NCBI GenBank assembly: GCA_964016885.1
Contig: OZ024744.1
Coordinates: 61,442,001-61,506,000, forward strand
Source: Eledone cirrhosa
Taxonomy: Eukaryota
Direction: 5' to 3'
DNA: 64,000 bases
A model generated the notes under the pieces. The model ran no database searches and was not told the origin of the DNA. It saw only the letters and a list, made by a program, of their open reading frames with translations. This document shows, piece after piece, positions 1 through 12,571 of this stretch. The position numbers were made by a program, and so were the translations under genes. Within the stretch, counting starts at the first letter, position 1, and each line of letters starts with the position of its first letter.

Positions 1-1990
1 ATCCTAAAGTTAAAAGCAGAGAAGGAGAACTCGATTTCCACTGATAAAATAGAATATCACAGGGGTATATTTCAAGAGGACAGTCTCTCTGTGCTGCTAT
101 TTATCCTGTCATAAACCATTTGTCCTTTTTGCTCAAGGAATGTGAAAGATACATCATTGGCACATAGGAGGACAGAAATACGAACTTAACCCATAATTTC
201 TTTGTGGATAACCTGAAACTCTAAACCAGTAGCATAAATGGGATGAAGAAAAATCCCAACTTGGTTACAATGTTTCTCAAAGGATATAGAAATGGAGTTT
301 GGCCAAGATAAATGTTCATATATGATTGTAAAGTGAGGAAAAACTTCAATCAATCTAGCAACATTTGTATCAATGTCCTAACTGTTTCACTGATATCTGA
401 CGAGGACTGCTGCAGATATCTGGGGATAGATGAGAATATATTCTATAATTGTATTTGTAATAAGGAACACGTAACCAAGGAATATTACACCCAATTAAGA
501 AAAATATGGTCATCGGAACTCTCTGCACACAGTAAAACAGTGACTCACAATGAGTTTGCTGTGCCTGTCCTAACACCAACGTTTGGAATATTCGAGTGGA
601 CGATAGATGGAATCTGAGCAATTGATGTTAAAACTCGAAAAATTCTAAACAATACCGGAAACTTCCACATCAACAGTGACATAGACCGCCTCTACTTGAA
701 AAGTAAGCAGGGAGAAGAGGTCCAATATCAGTCCAGACAACATTTGACTGTCACATCATATCCTTCCGAGAACATTTACAAACCTCGAAGCATAGGAGCC
801 CATCTATTGAGCAAACCTATCTGCATGAGACAGATAAGATCATGAGAGTTGGATAGGAACTCTTTGAAAGATACTCCTTGCATGAAAATCAAAAACTCAC
901 ACCTAGGGAAATTGCCAGGAATACTGCAGCGAATTCATGGATGAAAAACTGCATGCTTATCAGCAAAAAATCATGCATGGATATGTTGCCAGGAAGCTCC
1001 AGAGTGAGAGTAATATAGATAAAGAAAGTAGTCTATCTTGGAACAACAACCGCTATATTGGCTCCCACTTTGAAGGATATGCTTTTGCAATCCAAGAACA
1101 GGAAATCAACACAATATACCTGATTCACAAAAGAGATAGGGATGCAGGCAAAACACCTAGATGTGAGAAGTGCAGATGCTGCAGAATTAACATCGAATAA
1201 GTCACCCATGTCATAAGCAGCTGCCCAAAGATGTCATCACAGTACTATCTACCTATGAGGCATGGTGTGGTGGCCAAAACTCTGTACAATGCAATTTATA
1301 GAAAAGATAGCCCTGACAATAAACACGTTAAAAGCTACAGCACTGTGGAAGACATACACATACATAATATGAAAGAGTACTGGTGGAATGTTCCAATAAA
1401 AAACCCCAATAAAATGCAGGTATAACAGACCAGATATAATGATATGGGACAAGGAAAAGAAGGCATGCATGGAGGTGAAAGTTAGCTGCCCAGCAGATGC
1501 CAATATAATATTAAACATTAGCGAAAAGAGAACATCTATGCAGAACTAATGAGAAATTTGCAGATACTCCACCCTGACTATACCTGTGATTATTAGGGCA
1601 CTGGGATATGTTAATAACTGCCTCAGAACAAATCTTGAGAAGCTGGGCTTCACAGAAACATAAAGAACACAACTAGTTAGGAAATTACAAGTACAATCCA
1701 TTAATGGAACAGTAAAAATATGTAAAACATTCCAAACATTTTGCATCTAATAACTGTATGTACACTTATACAGATACAAAACATCTGCACATGCACACAA
1801 AACATCCACATCCACACATACAATAACATACATATCTGCACACACATGCATGCATGCAGACATACATACATATCTACCTAGTTGATGTTGTGTAGATTCC
1901 AATGTGAGAGACTTGTATCTATGTTGGAAACCGACTCTCTCTCAATTGGTAAAAGAATTTGTGAAATTATAAAACCAGAAGAACATACAT
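1..1990 (+). mobile_element. Decayed R4/Dong-like non-LTR retrotransposon (RT C-terminal half, CCHC finger, restriction-like endonuclease, 3' UTR); 5' part lies outside the window
   Basis: Broken frames read HRGIFQEDSLS..LF, THNFFVDNLKL, YLGIDE, EGYAFAIQEQEINT, CRCC..HVISSC, YLPMRHGVVAK, RPDI and VKVSCPAD, typical of R4-clade RLE elements. Many stops and frameshifts. Ends ...AAAACCAGAAGAA followed by CATACAT. Confidence 0.85.
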
Positions 1991-2597
1991 ATGTGTGTGG
2001 TGTATGTGTGTATGTGTGCATGTGTGTGTATCTACGTTTGTCTCGCAACTTGTAAAAAAAAGTACTGGTGTCATTATGGTAAACCAAATATCTGTGAAGA
2101 CGTGATCCAGCATAGGCCTAGTCGAATGACTTGTCAAACTCAAGAACGCTCAAATTTGCTTAATCAGATGTAAGGGAGATAACTCATTATTAGAAGTAGA
2201 AACAATTCTTATTACTTCCCTTTAATCGTTCCGATAGCAAAAAGCCGTTCATTGCTTTTTTTTTTTCTTCCACTTATTCATAAAACCATATGAAATGAAT
2301 TATTAAATTTAATTGAGAGTTCTACAATATAATGCAAACTTTGCAATAATTTATATTTTACATTTAATATAAAGTAGGCGACTATGTGTACATTTGATTG
2401 AAATAACCAGTATATTACTTATGCTTGTTTTAAATGAAATATATATATTTTAAATGAAAACACTAGAATAATGTGAGTGTTAATTTCGCATTTAAGTCCA
2501 TTTGAAATCGATAAGAAAGGTTTTTTTTACTGGCTTCAGTCATTAGACTGTGAACGTGCTGGGGCTCTATTTTAAAGTCGATCATATCGATCCAAAT

Positions 2598-2812
2598 ACC
2601 GAGGTGCTGAAAAGTTCTTGCCATTGAGTAAAAGAAAATACAGGAGGACCATTTGAAAGAAAATATAGGAGGGTGAGTTAATTATGATTTTATTCAACAC
2701 ATTCCTCTCTCAGGTTCACACACTTATTGCAACAGCCGTAATCCCCATCCCCACCCCCGTAAAGGTAACAGCTCTACGCTTTTGTGAGACCCTTAAGCCA
2801 GGAACTTTTCAG
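2598..2812. mobile_element. Tc1/mariner-derived MITE remnant
   Basis: Inverted termini GAGGTGCTGAAAAGTTCTTGCC ... GCCAGGAACTTTTCAG, with TA at the left end. Confidence 0.6.
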
Positions 2813-2894
2813 TTTAACTATTTAATGTCTATGTTATTTCAATTTAGTTAAAGAATAAAAATATTGAGTATAACAAAACATTATTAAATATGAA

Positions 2895-3100
2895 GGGCGG
2901 TGGATTGACAGTATCAGTAGAGGGTCGGACGCCATGCTTTGCAGCATAAAGTTACTGCCCTTTAGGTTCTGAGTTCAAATCCCGCCTTTCATCCTTACGG
3001 GGGTCGATAAAATAAAGCACCAGTAATGCATTGTTGTTGATTTAATTGACTTCCACTCTTCTTCAAATTCCTACTCTTGTGCCTATAATAGAAACAATTA
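2895..3100 (+). mobile_element. tRNA-derived SINE with Meta-domain-like core (family with many copies in this window)
   Basis: B-box GAGTTCAAATCCC, core GCCTTTCATCCTTACGGGGTCGATAAAATAAAG and tail TTGTGCC..TAGAAACAATTATT. Further copies near 9950, 11250, 13975, 22905, 23050, 23390, 33385, 35830-36580, 40960, 48415, 57645 and 58015. Confidence 0.85.
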
Positions 3101-3184
3101 TTAAATATGATACATCTCCAGAAGCCCTATAAAGATATAGCCCTCTGAAGGTACAATTTTCTTTTGGACTTGCTGAATCCCAGG

Positions 3185-4580
3185 TCATTGTCATCATCAT
3201 CATCACCGTTTTACGTCCGTTCTTCCACGCTAGCATGGGTTAGATGGCTTGTCCTGTTGTGGGCAGTGTCCAGTCGGCTGACCTTGGCTTGCTCATACAG
3301 CAACTGATTCTGGCTTGATTTCTACAGCTGGATGCACTGTAAATGAGGTTGGTGTTACCATATTGTCTATATGCTTCAGCTTCGGTTTGTTCCTGTGGGA
3401 AGTCAGGTCTTCTGTATTACTGTGTGACGCCAGAGGCAACGGTCTTGAGTAAGGTCGGCTTTTATCACCTCATCCCAGGTCTTCTTGGGTCTCCTCACTC
3501 CGCGGCTTCCATCGACTTCTAGTGCTCTGCACCTTTTTATGCAGCTGTCATCCTTCATATGCATTACATGTCCATACCAACGCAACCTCCTCTCCTGCAC
3601 ACAGCATTTGATTCCTCTTATGCTCAGTCTCTCTCTTAATTCGTTTATGCTTTGCCATTCACATATATTACTGTTACACATGCATCAGAGCATGCAAGCT
3701 ACGTTTCTTTCTAATCTACGCAAGTCTTCCACAGACAGCGCCCAGGTCTCACTACCATGTAACATTGCATCATAGTCTGCCTTTCATTTTGAGGGAAAAG
3801 CCTTTTGCAGCTAGCAGTGGCAATAGCTCCCTGAACTTCTTCCATCCCGTTCTTACCCTAGTTATTGTATTTTCAGAACACCCACCTCCGCTGCTAATTC
3901 GGTCACCTAGGTAGCAGAAGCTGTCTACTGTTTCTACAGAGCCCTCCCAGAGATTGGTGGTACTTGTTTCCTGTGGTCATTTGCTGCTTGCTGTCCCAGC
4001 ACAGCTGCTACATGTGAAGCCTACATTCTTAGTTAACCTTTCTGAGATCCCACTACATCTCTTGTGTACCCATTGTTTGTATTTTGGGCAGAGAATGGAG
4101 TTCCTACCTACACCTTTCCTACATACTGAGCAAGGCCTTTTCCCTGAGGGGATCTGGGTTCTGTTTTCTTGTTTACTTACAAGAACCTTAGTCTTTGTCA
4201 GGTGGACTTTGAGACCCTTTCTGTCTAGTCCCTGCTTCCATGTTTGGAATTTCTTCTCTTGTTTCACCATGGATTCAGCTATAAGTGCGAGATCATCCAC
4301 ATATAGGAGTTCCATGGTATCTGATCTTAAACTCCTCTGTTATTGCCTGCAAAATTATAATGAACAGGAGAGGGCTAAGAACAGAGCCCTGGTGGACACC
4401 GACCTGTATGCTAAATTCCTCGCTATAGTCATTGCTAATCCTACTTTGCTGACTGCTCCTCTATATATGGCTTGTACAGCTTTCACAAGCCATTCATCTA
4501 CTCCTAATTTTCTAAGAGCCGACCAGATTATAGCACGGGAGACTCTGTCGAAGGCTTTTTCCAGACCGATGAATGCCAGT
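3185..4580 (-). mobile_element. 5'-truncated RTE-clade LINE (RT C-terminus, PHD-like finger, 3' UTR, (GAT)n tail)
   Basis: Frames ELLYVDDLAL, RRLRWYGHV and RPKKTW; high similarity to 55050-56465. Confidence 0.92.
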
Positions 4581-4746
4581 GCTTCTGAAGATGTATCATA
4601 TTTAGTAATGCTTTGTTATACTCAATATTTTCCTCTTTAACTAAATAACATAAGCATTAAATGAATAAGAAGTATTGAATCATTTGTAAAACCATTAAAT
4701 GGTTTAAAGAAATTTACTTTGTCATCTCATATTATTATATGTCCCC

Positions 4747-4794
<48 letters not shown>

Positions 4795-4797
<3 letters not shown>

Positions 4798-5100
4798 GCC
4801 TCCGTCAGTCACTAATGACCATGGTTTTGCACCTAGAAAGTTTTCCTCTGAGGCACAAGCCTGAGCAAGGTTGTTTGTGGAAGACCAGCAGTCGCCCATG
4901 CATACAAACCTCCCCTCTCCACGCCACCGATGATGTCCAAGGAAAGGCAAAGAATGATACAGCTTGGCACCAGTGACGTCACAACTCATTTCTACAGTGA
5001 ACTGGAGCAACATGAAATAAAGTGTCTTGCTTAAGAACACAACGCATAATCCGAGAATCGAACTCACAACCTCTCAATTGAAAGCCCAACGCTCTAACCA
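4795..5100 (-). mobile_element. CORE-type tRNA-derived SINE
   Basis: Minus strand has tRNA-like A and B boxes (TGGTTAGAGCG..GAGTTCGATTC), then CORE-like GTGTTCTTAAGCAAGACACTTTATTTC; flanked by (TA)n. Related decayed copies near 6050-6220, 8330-8590, 10260-10500 and 51900-52060. Confidence 0.75.
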
Positions 5101-5452
5101 CTAATATATATATATAAGTAATAATCCAACCAAGGGTTTACCCAGATAGAGGACCCCCATCGACAGTGAACACATTCTAGAACATTTGTCTCCATCCTCC
5201 GTCTCACTTTTACGTTCCATGAATTCTAAATAAAACTTTTAGAAACTTTTTAACAGAATCTACCGTTTGTGAGACAGACGGACAAAAAGGCAGTAGAGTT
5301 TTGATATAGATTACAAAGCTCCCAAACAAGACTATAGTATTATATCATGGATGAGGTTTGATGCTAGTGGTGGTGGCGCCGGCGTAGCTTGTAGTGACGG
5401 TGTTGTTGTAGTTGTTGGGGATGATGTTGACGTTGGTGGAAGTTGTAACTAG

Positions 5453-5563
5453 TCATAAACTTGGTTGGGGCTTCGTTAAGGAAGAAACTGAAGGAGGTGG
5501 TTCCAATTGTAGGCGTGCCAATCTGGAGTGGGCGGTGACAGATGCAAAGGTATTATTTCCTGA
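5453..5563 (-). CDS. Candidate terminal coding exon of a minus-strand host gene
   Basis: Acceptor CTTCTTATTTCACACAG, then phase-0 frame SGNNTFASVTAHSRLARLQLEPPPSVSSLTKPQPSL*. Unique, higher-GC sequence. No homology recognised. Confidence 0.35.
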   Translation of the reverse strand, partial: SGNNTFASVTAHSRLARLQLEPPPSVSSLTKPQPSL

Positions 5564-6264
5564 CTGTGTGAAATAAGAAGAGGGAGGGAAAATGTTATCA
5601 TTTATTTTTGTTTGTTTTTAATGAAAGATAGGATCATCATTAATCCAAGTTGCAGTACAATAATGTTTTCTTCCTCCAATTTAGATCTTTAATGTTAGAT
5701 ATTTCGTTTATGATGAAGTTCCTTCAAATTATTATTGCGTTTACACTATCTATGTATATGTATACACATACATAGATACTTACACATACACACACTCACA
5801 CAAGAATTGTTTTAATATCAAATATACTTCTCTCGCAAACTTGTAGCAGTATTTTAATGTAGAAATGAACTTTCAATTAGTGTGTGTGTGCGCGCGCGTG
5901 CGTGTGTGTCTTTCTGTACGGGTGGTATATTTTCTATTGTCAATATATTTTCTACCACAAATCATTTTACATTACCTATTGATATTAAAATGTTCAAGTC
6001 TGTCCCAAGCCCAGAGCATCAGTAAACAGGAACTCATCTCTGTTTCATCAAGTGTTAAGTGAGTAACAGTATATGACTTCCTCCCTGGATAAGACGCTAG
6101 TCTATTGCTAAGTTAACCTCTGATACTGTTGCTGCTAGTACTAATTTTCAGCTGAGTTGTCAGGAGTAATAGGAAATGAAGTGTTTTGCTCAAGAACACA
6201 ATGAATCACCCCTAATCAAGCTGCGCACATTACCCCTAAATATAGTTTAATGTTTATATATATA

Positions 6265-7385
6265 CTAGCAGTGTATCCCGGCGTTGCACGGGTAAGAAAT
6301 TGGTAATAGCACCTCCAATGAGAAACGTTTCTTTGTGAGTGCCTGTTAAAAACTCACGAAAATATACCGACAGGAAACTTGTTTTATTTGGAGAAAATTA
6401 AGAAGTTGAAAGTACAGTTTAGCCGTCTATGTGCATTCTATGACAGTTGTACCCCGGCGTTTCCACTCTGTTTTGACCTATTGGAGTAAATGTGAAAGAG
6501 AAAGTCACAGGTTAAGTTGGCAGAAGGTCCCAGTGTCATAGCAGTAAGGCATAGGCTACTTACCTCAAAAGTTCATTCGCACTCTTTCCACTAAGTTACT
6601 CTTTCTCTCTATCCCTCTCGGTGCAGTCCCTTGCGAATTTCTCGCGTAGGCCCGGTGTAGATTTGAACCCGATCCATCTGCCCGATGCACATGTCCGCTT
6701 TGTACGGCTTTTGGAGGAAGGAGTGACCAGCAGTACATTGTTTGGTATTATTACGAAAAGGTGTAGCAGAGAATCCCGCATGAACTAACAGCTCGGGAGG
6801 AAACTGCTTACCTCGAAGATTCATTTGCCATCGTTCTTGTCAACGTTATGTTTAGTTGGTATTTGTTGGTCTACAGTTAGATGAATGGTGCACAAAGGGT
6901 TAATGTTTATTGACAAGAAGTGGCAACTGGGCTGGCTTGCCTCGCTTATATTATATATTAAAATAACAAATTAAAGTTTAAGCAAAGAATCGCTGCTTTC
7001 ACCCTTAACAGGATCTTCTGAAACTAAAAAAATCAATCTGTGAACGCAGAAGGAAAACAGGAAGACGATACTTTGGTTCGTGAAGACGTTCCTGGCAATG
7101 AACGGAAAATAACGAACATAATACGTCATCAATGTTTGTCATAATGTCATAATGCAGACAGCTAGACATACAGACAGATATTATAAGGGCGCACCGGAGA
7201 TTGATAACCAGCGCCTAACACTCCTTTAACAACAGAAAATTGAAAAATAAAAGCTGCAGTTAATATCTTTAGACCGCAAGGAATATATAAATGCAAGTTT
7301 GAAGTCAATCGGAGTAGAAATGTGGAATTGTATAGACTTCTCAAAAATGAGGACACACACACAGACAACTACAGCTTTATATATA
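6265..7385 (-). mobile_element. Non-autonomous Helitron with cargo
   Basis: Left end ACTAG followed by hairpin CCCGGCGTTGCACGGG (3' CTAG terminus on minus). Right end AAGTTTGAAGTCAATCGG...ACACACACAGAC...CTTTATATATA is typical of invertebrate non-autonomous Helitrons. Inserted in TA. Confidence 0.75.
6955..7135 (-). mobile_element. Fragment of the Penelope-like family at 24716-26460, nested in the Helitron
   Basis: Near-identical to 24716-24925, with one internal deletion. Confidence 0.8.
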
Positions 7386-7415
7386 TGTGTATATGTATAT
7401 ATATATATACATACA

Positions 7416-7520
7416 CACAGGGTGTCCAAAAAATGTATACATATTTTGATTACCTGTACAGGCAATATTTATTAGAATGCTGTTCAAGTGTGTATACATT
7501 GTTTTGGGACAGCCTATATA
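7416..7520. mobile_element. Tiny Tc1/mariner-type MITE
   Basis: TIR-like CAGGGTGTCCAAAAAATGTATACA ... TGTATACATTGTTTTGGGACAGCC in TA context. Confidence 0.6.
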
Positions 7521-7952
7521 TAAGAAGGTATGTAATTCGAAGGCTGCGACAATGCTAAAAGTGTGGTACAATTTAAGATATAAAAAAGGTCACAAGGCTG
7601 CTCTGTTTTACCTGTTTTTTACTTGAATACAACTTTAATTTTTGAAATAAAATCTCTTCATCAGAAGTCAATAGATATGTATTACTCTAATGTTTTGTGT
7701 TACCCCACAGTTAAACGAGACAGAGAATGGCAGATTGGTTTTGAGGTGATGGAATTGAGTTAAGTTTAGGGTTTACTTGAATTCTTCTTCTTCACACACT
7801 TATACCCGAGAAGTCATGGGGACAGAGTCCTCAAACACTCCTTATAACGGTTCAGGGGCTGTGAATTGGTGGAATTGCTAAACAGTGAGATGCAATGCTT
7901 TGTAGTATGTTTCAGCTGTGTTCTGAATTTAAACTTATTCATCTGTCAGAAG

Positions 7953-8159
7953 TTACAATTGACAAATAGTATCAGCAATGTAAAAACCAATGGAAATATT
8001 GTTTCCCTGGTCCAATTTGATGATTGGCTCCTTTCCTTTTCTTTTCTTTTTGGTAGAGAATGAAGAAGAAGAATTCTCGAGTGCTGCAAAGTTTGTGTAA
8101 GAATTGGGGTAAGGATTGGGTATAGTACTTATGTCTGAATGAGAAACAATAGGAGAGAA
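7953..8159 (-). CDS. Candidate (alternative) terminal coding exon
   Basis: Acceptor TTTAACCTCCTTTCCAG, then 68 open codons in phase 0: FSPIVSHSDISTIPNPYPNSYTNFAALENSSSSFSTKKKRKGKEPIIKLDQGNNISIGFYIADTICQL*. Confidence 0.4.
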   Translation of the reverse strand, partial: FSPIVSHSDISTIPNPYPNSYTNFAALENSSSSFSTKKKRKGKEPIIKLDQGNNISIGFYIADTICQL

Positions 8160-8939
8160 CTGGAAAGGAGGTTAAAAGATAAGTTGTTCAGCCATTAGTT
8201 CAGCTCTGGTACTTTGCAACTCATACCTCTGAGGGTTGATGAAATATTCAAAGACTTAATTCTAGTAAAAGGCCTACATTAGATCTGTAACATCAATTCT
8301 TCCTCATTTTGTAGTGGTCACAGTTAAAAAAGTTAAAGTATGTCCCCAAAATCAGAGGCGCAGCAAGCTTATCTCAGTTTTATTGGTATTAAGCAACCGA
8401 GAATACAAAAATCCCTTTTGGACAGGATGACAGTTTATTGTTGTTGGTACTCGTTTTCAGGTGAGTTCACTGGAACAACTTAAAATGGACGGTTTTGCTG
8501 AAGAAGACAGCACACCACCCAATCCATGAATTGAACCCACAACATTAAAATCATAAGCCCAACACCCTAACCACTAGGTCATGAACTTTTAAAATATTGC
8601 TGATATATCAAATGAATGATGACCAAATGAGGTTTATTTTTCAACATAGTCTTTGGAAAATAAGCAAAGTTGAAATTAATGCATGCAAGATTTCACAGCT
8701 CTAGCATCAATCCTTCATAATCAGCCTATGAACCTTTCAGCCGACCCTCGTATGTGACAATTATCTTAGTGTGTTGAAACAAGCTTCATGGCTCTTCAAT
8801 GTATATTTTTTTCTAAAATTTTCATATTTTTCATTTTGGTGGTACTTGGAATAGCCACAGTAAAGTATGGTGAATTAGCATAATATCCTAAATTTGCATA
8901 ATGCCACGAATTAGCAGCGTTCTCACTCTGACCACCACC

Positions 8940-9485
8940 ATCACCACCACGGTGGCGATGGTGGTGGCGACGGTAGCGGTGGCGTAGGCAGTGTTGGCGT
9001 AGGCAGTGGTGGCGTAGGTGGTGGTGGCGTAGGCGGTGGTGGCGTAGGTGGTGGCGTAGGCAGTGGTGGCGTAGGTGGTGGCGTAAGCAGTGGTGGCGTA
9101 GGCGGTGGTGGCGTAGGCAGTGGTGGCGTAGGTGGTGGCGTAAGCAGTGGTGGCGTAGGCGGTGGTGGCGTAGGCGGTGGTGGTGTAGGCAGTGGTGGCG
9201 TAGGCGGTGGAGGCGTAGGCAGTGGTGGCGTAGGTGGTGGCGTAGGCAGTGGTGGCGTAGGCGGTGGCGTAGGCAGTGGTGGTGTAGGCAGTGGTGGCGT
9301 AGGTGGTGGCGTAGGCAGTGGTGGTGTAGGCAGTGGTGGCGTAGGCGGTGGTGGCGTAGGCGGTGGTGGCGTAGGCGGTGGCGTAGGTGGTGGCGTAGGC
9401 GGTGGTGGCGTAGGCAGTGGTGGCGTAGGTGGTGGCGTAGGCAGTGGTGGCGTAGGTGGTGGCGGCAACGACAACAGCGATGGCG
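8940..9485. repeat. G-rich minisatellite of variable 12/15-nt units (GGTGGCGTAGGCAGT)
   Basis: Direct inspection; open in all three minus-strand frames because of its composition. Confidence 0.95.
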
Positions 9486-10775
9486 ACCAGTCCATACTGT
9501 AAATGTGGTTGTGTAGGGGGAACGACACTCAGCATTCACTGTAAATGTGGTTGGTGTTAGGAAGGGCATCCAGCCGTAGAAACCTATCCAGAAACAGTTC
9601 TATATGAGCAAGACATGGTCGCCTGATTCAACTTGCTGCTAATGGGACAACCTGTCTAACCCATGCTAGTGTGGAAATTGGACGTTAAACGATGATGATG
9701 GTGATAGTAATTTAGGATAATATGCAGAAGAAGAATCAGATTTAGTGGACAAGTGAGCACAATTGCACTGGTGGTATGGATATGTGATGTGTATGGATGA
9801 TGATGATCATTGGATGAAGAAGTGCCAAGTGGAAGGAAGCTGCAGTAGAGCAAGACCAAGGAGGTGGTGAAAGCTGATCTCAAAATGTTGAGCCTCATTG
9901 AAGAGATAATGAAGGAAAGAGATAAATGGATGGAAGCTGGACTGCAAAGTTAATCCCGCCGAGGTTAACTTTGCCATTCATCCTTACGGGGGTCGATAAA
10001 ATAAAGTACTAGTAATGCACTGGGATAATTGCTGGTCTTGTGCCAATAGTAGAAACGATTATCATTTTAGATCAGTTTTTCCATATTTTGCTTGCATGAT
10101 TAGACAGGAGGTTCTCCAGTTCAGCTTCCATCCATTTATCTCTTTCTTTCGTTATCTCTTCTATAATATCGTTAATTAGCATAATATCGTAAATTAGTGT
10201 AAAATGGAATCATAGTTTCTACAATATTTCTTCCATGTTTGTTTGGGTTGGATAAAGGCTGGAATATATTCCAGCTTCATGTGGCTTTAAGCAACAGAAA
10301 ATACAATACTCTCCTCCTAGGACAGGATACCCATCTGATGTAGAGTTAACCACCAGTTCTTGCTAATATACAATTTTCAGTTGAGTGGCCTGGAGGAACA
10401 TGAAATGAAGTACCTTTCTCAAGGACATAACATACCACTTGGTCTGAGAATTGAACCTATAACCTTATGGTTGTGAGTTGAATACCCTAATCATTAGGTT
10501 AAATTCTTTAATACCCAAATGCAAGCATAACACCCCGGAGCAAAGTTTCCATCATTTTCATCTGTTTGTTCATGTTGTTGTTGGGACAACTTACACTTGC
10601 TCAGGTTTAACCAGCACCCAACAAGGTTGCATCTTGTAGGAAATCTTTTGGGTGCTTTAATGATTGGGACCTTCACATTTGTCATTTCACTGCTTTCCCA
10701 GTGACATGAGGCAGTATTTGAACTTAGAATGCACTGAGCCAACACAGACAATAAAAGCCTCATCCCATCTGACAC

Positions 10776-10989
10776 TACAACAATTTTACCAATCCCCCAC
10801 CCTGGAGACCCAACGGTTGACCTCGAACAAGATGGTTGGATAACATCCATGAGCTTAGCTGGTCTCACTGGGGGATCCAGGCGGATCAAGTTGGAAATGG
10901 TTGATTCTGAGCGGACCCACTGGAAGGAGTGTTCGAGGACTCTGCTCCATGACTCTCTCAGGAATAAGAGGGTGAAGAAGAAGAAAAAG

Positions 10990-11028
<39 letters not shown>

Positions 11029-11130
11029 GATCCCCAAGTGAGACCAGCTAAGCTCATGGATGTTATCCAACCATCTTGTTCGAGGTCAACCGTTGGGTCT
11101 CCAGGGTGGGGGATTGGTAAAATTGTTGTA
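10776..11130. mobile_element. 3' end of a second RTE-like LINE family with a local inverted duplication
   Basis: Frame ...PRTRWLDNIHEL and a (GAA)n tail; 10776-10879 is inverted at 11027-11130. Other family copies at ~32550-33080 (-) and ~41935-42310 (-). Confidence 0.8.
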
Positions 11131-11729
11131 GAGAGAGAGAGTGAGAGAGAAAGAGAGAGAGAGAGAGTGAGAGAAAAAAAGAGAGAGAGAGAGAGAGTGA
11201 GAGAGTGAGAGAAAGAGAGAGGAACGTATCCGTTTGCTGTGGGCTAATTAACTGTTTCTACTTTTGGCACAAGGCCAGCAATTATCCTAGTGTATTACTG
11301 GTACTTTATTTTATCGACCCCGTAAGGATGAAAGGCAAAGTTAACCTCGGCGGGATTTGAATTCAGACCGTAAAGGGAAGTAACTGTACTGCAAAGCCTG
11401 GTGTCCGACAAAGTGTATATGTGTAACAAAAAATTGAAGCGGCAACTTATCGGTTAATTCTGCTCAATGTGGCCGGTGGAGTGGTGTAGCATAAATATCT
11501 TGATGATACAATGTGTCATTGAGTGTGGTACATAGGTTCCAAGGAGAATTTCACGTAGTAATTTGATGTGAACAGGGTATTAGGAAAAACTAAGTACGAT
11601 TTGTTGAAATTCGAAGTTGAAATATTTATTACACATGTTTCAATGCAATTATGCAATTGCCTCTGAAAGCTGAATTATTACATATTTCATAATCTACAGG
11701 CAAACAACTTAGATATAAACTCTACTAGT

Positions 11730-12210
11730 TAGGAAATAACAATGGCTTAAGAGGAGTTGGCATCCTACTATCTGAGAAATGGATATATCAGGTAATCGGG
11801 GTAGGTATAGTAAGTGACAGAATCATCAAGCTTAGATTAACTGTAGGAAATAGTCTGATGACAATCACATCTTCCTATGATCTGCAGGTAGGACTGGGTA
11901 AAGAACAAAAGGACAGGTTCTATGAGGAACCTTTACAGACACCTTCAGGTATTGACGAAAGAGACCTTATCATTCTGGCAGGCGACTTCAATGGGCATGT
12001 GGGACAGTATCAGAATGGACTCAGCAGAGTTCAGGGCGGCTACGGTTATGGCTCAAAGAATGGACAGGGACTGAGTGAGGCTCCTGGAATTTTGTGATGC
12101 AAATGAACTAACCATCTGCAACGCAAATTTCGGGAAACCAGCCAGCTACCTGATTTCATATCAATCTGGTGAACACACAGACCAAATTGATTACGTACTT
12201 GTTAGACAAC
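11730..12210 (+). mobile_element. RTE APE-endonuclease fragment
   Basis: AGDFNGHVG, RLLEFCDANEL and QIDYVLVR motifs. Confidence 0.85.
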
Positions 12211-12490
12211 AAAACAAACAAGAAAAAAAGATAAAGCAAAAACAAAACAAAACAAAAACACACACACACATACACATCTGGGACCACATACAACAAAAGG
12301 CAAGCGAAATGGGAGGGGGGGGGGGACAACGGAGCTGCTATCAGAGTAAAAGATAACGATATCGCGAGGAGCACTGGAAAACCTCTCTAATAATTTTTGA
12401 GGCAAGCCAGCGCGCTCGCAGCGTTACCTCGGATGACAGCGAGGTTGATACTCTGGAACAACCAAACGCCCTACGAGCTTCACCAGTTAC

Positions 12491-12571
12491 CTGTGTTAGG
12501 TGAGCGGCCGGTGAAGATAGGAACCTCGCAGTCAGTAGCCCGACTCCCCTAAACGTCTCGAACGTCACAGA
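12491..12571 (-). CDS. Candidate symmetric 81-nt exon in a CpG-rich island
   Basis: ACATTTTCCAG|...CAG|GTAACT; phase 0-0 frame SVTFETFRGVGLLTARFLSSPAAHLTQ. The other two frames contain stops. Confidence 0.3.
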
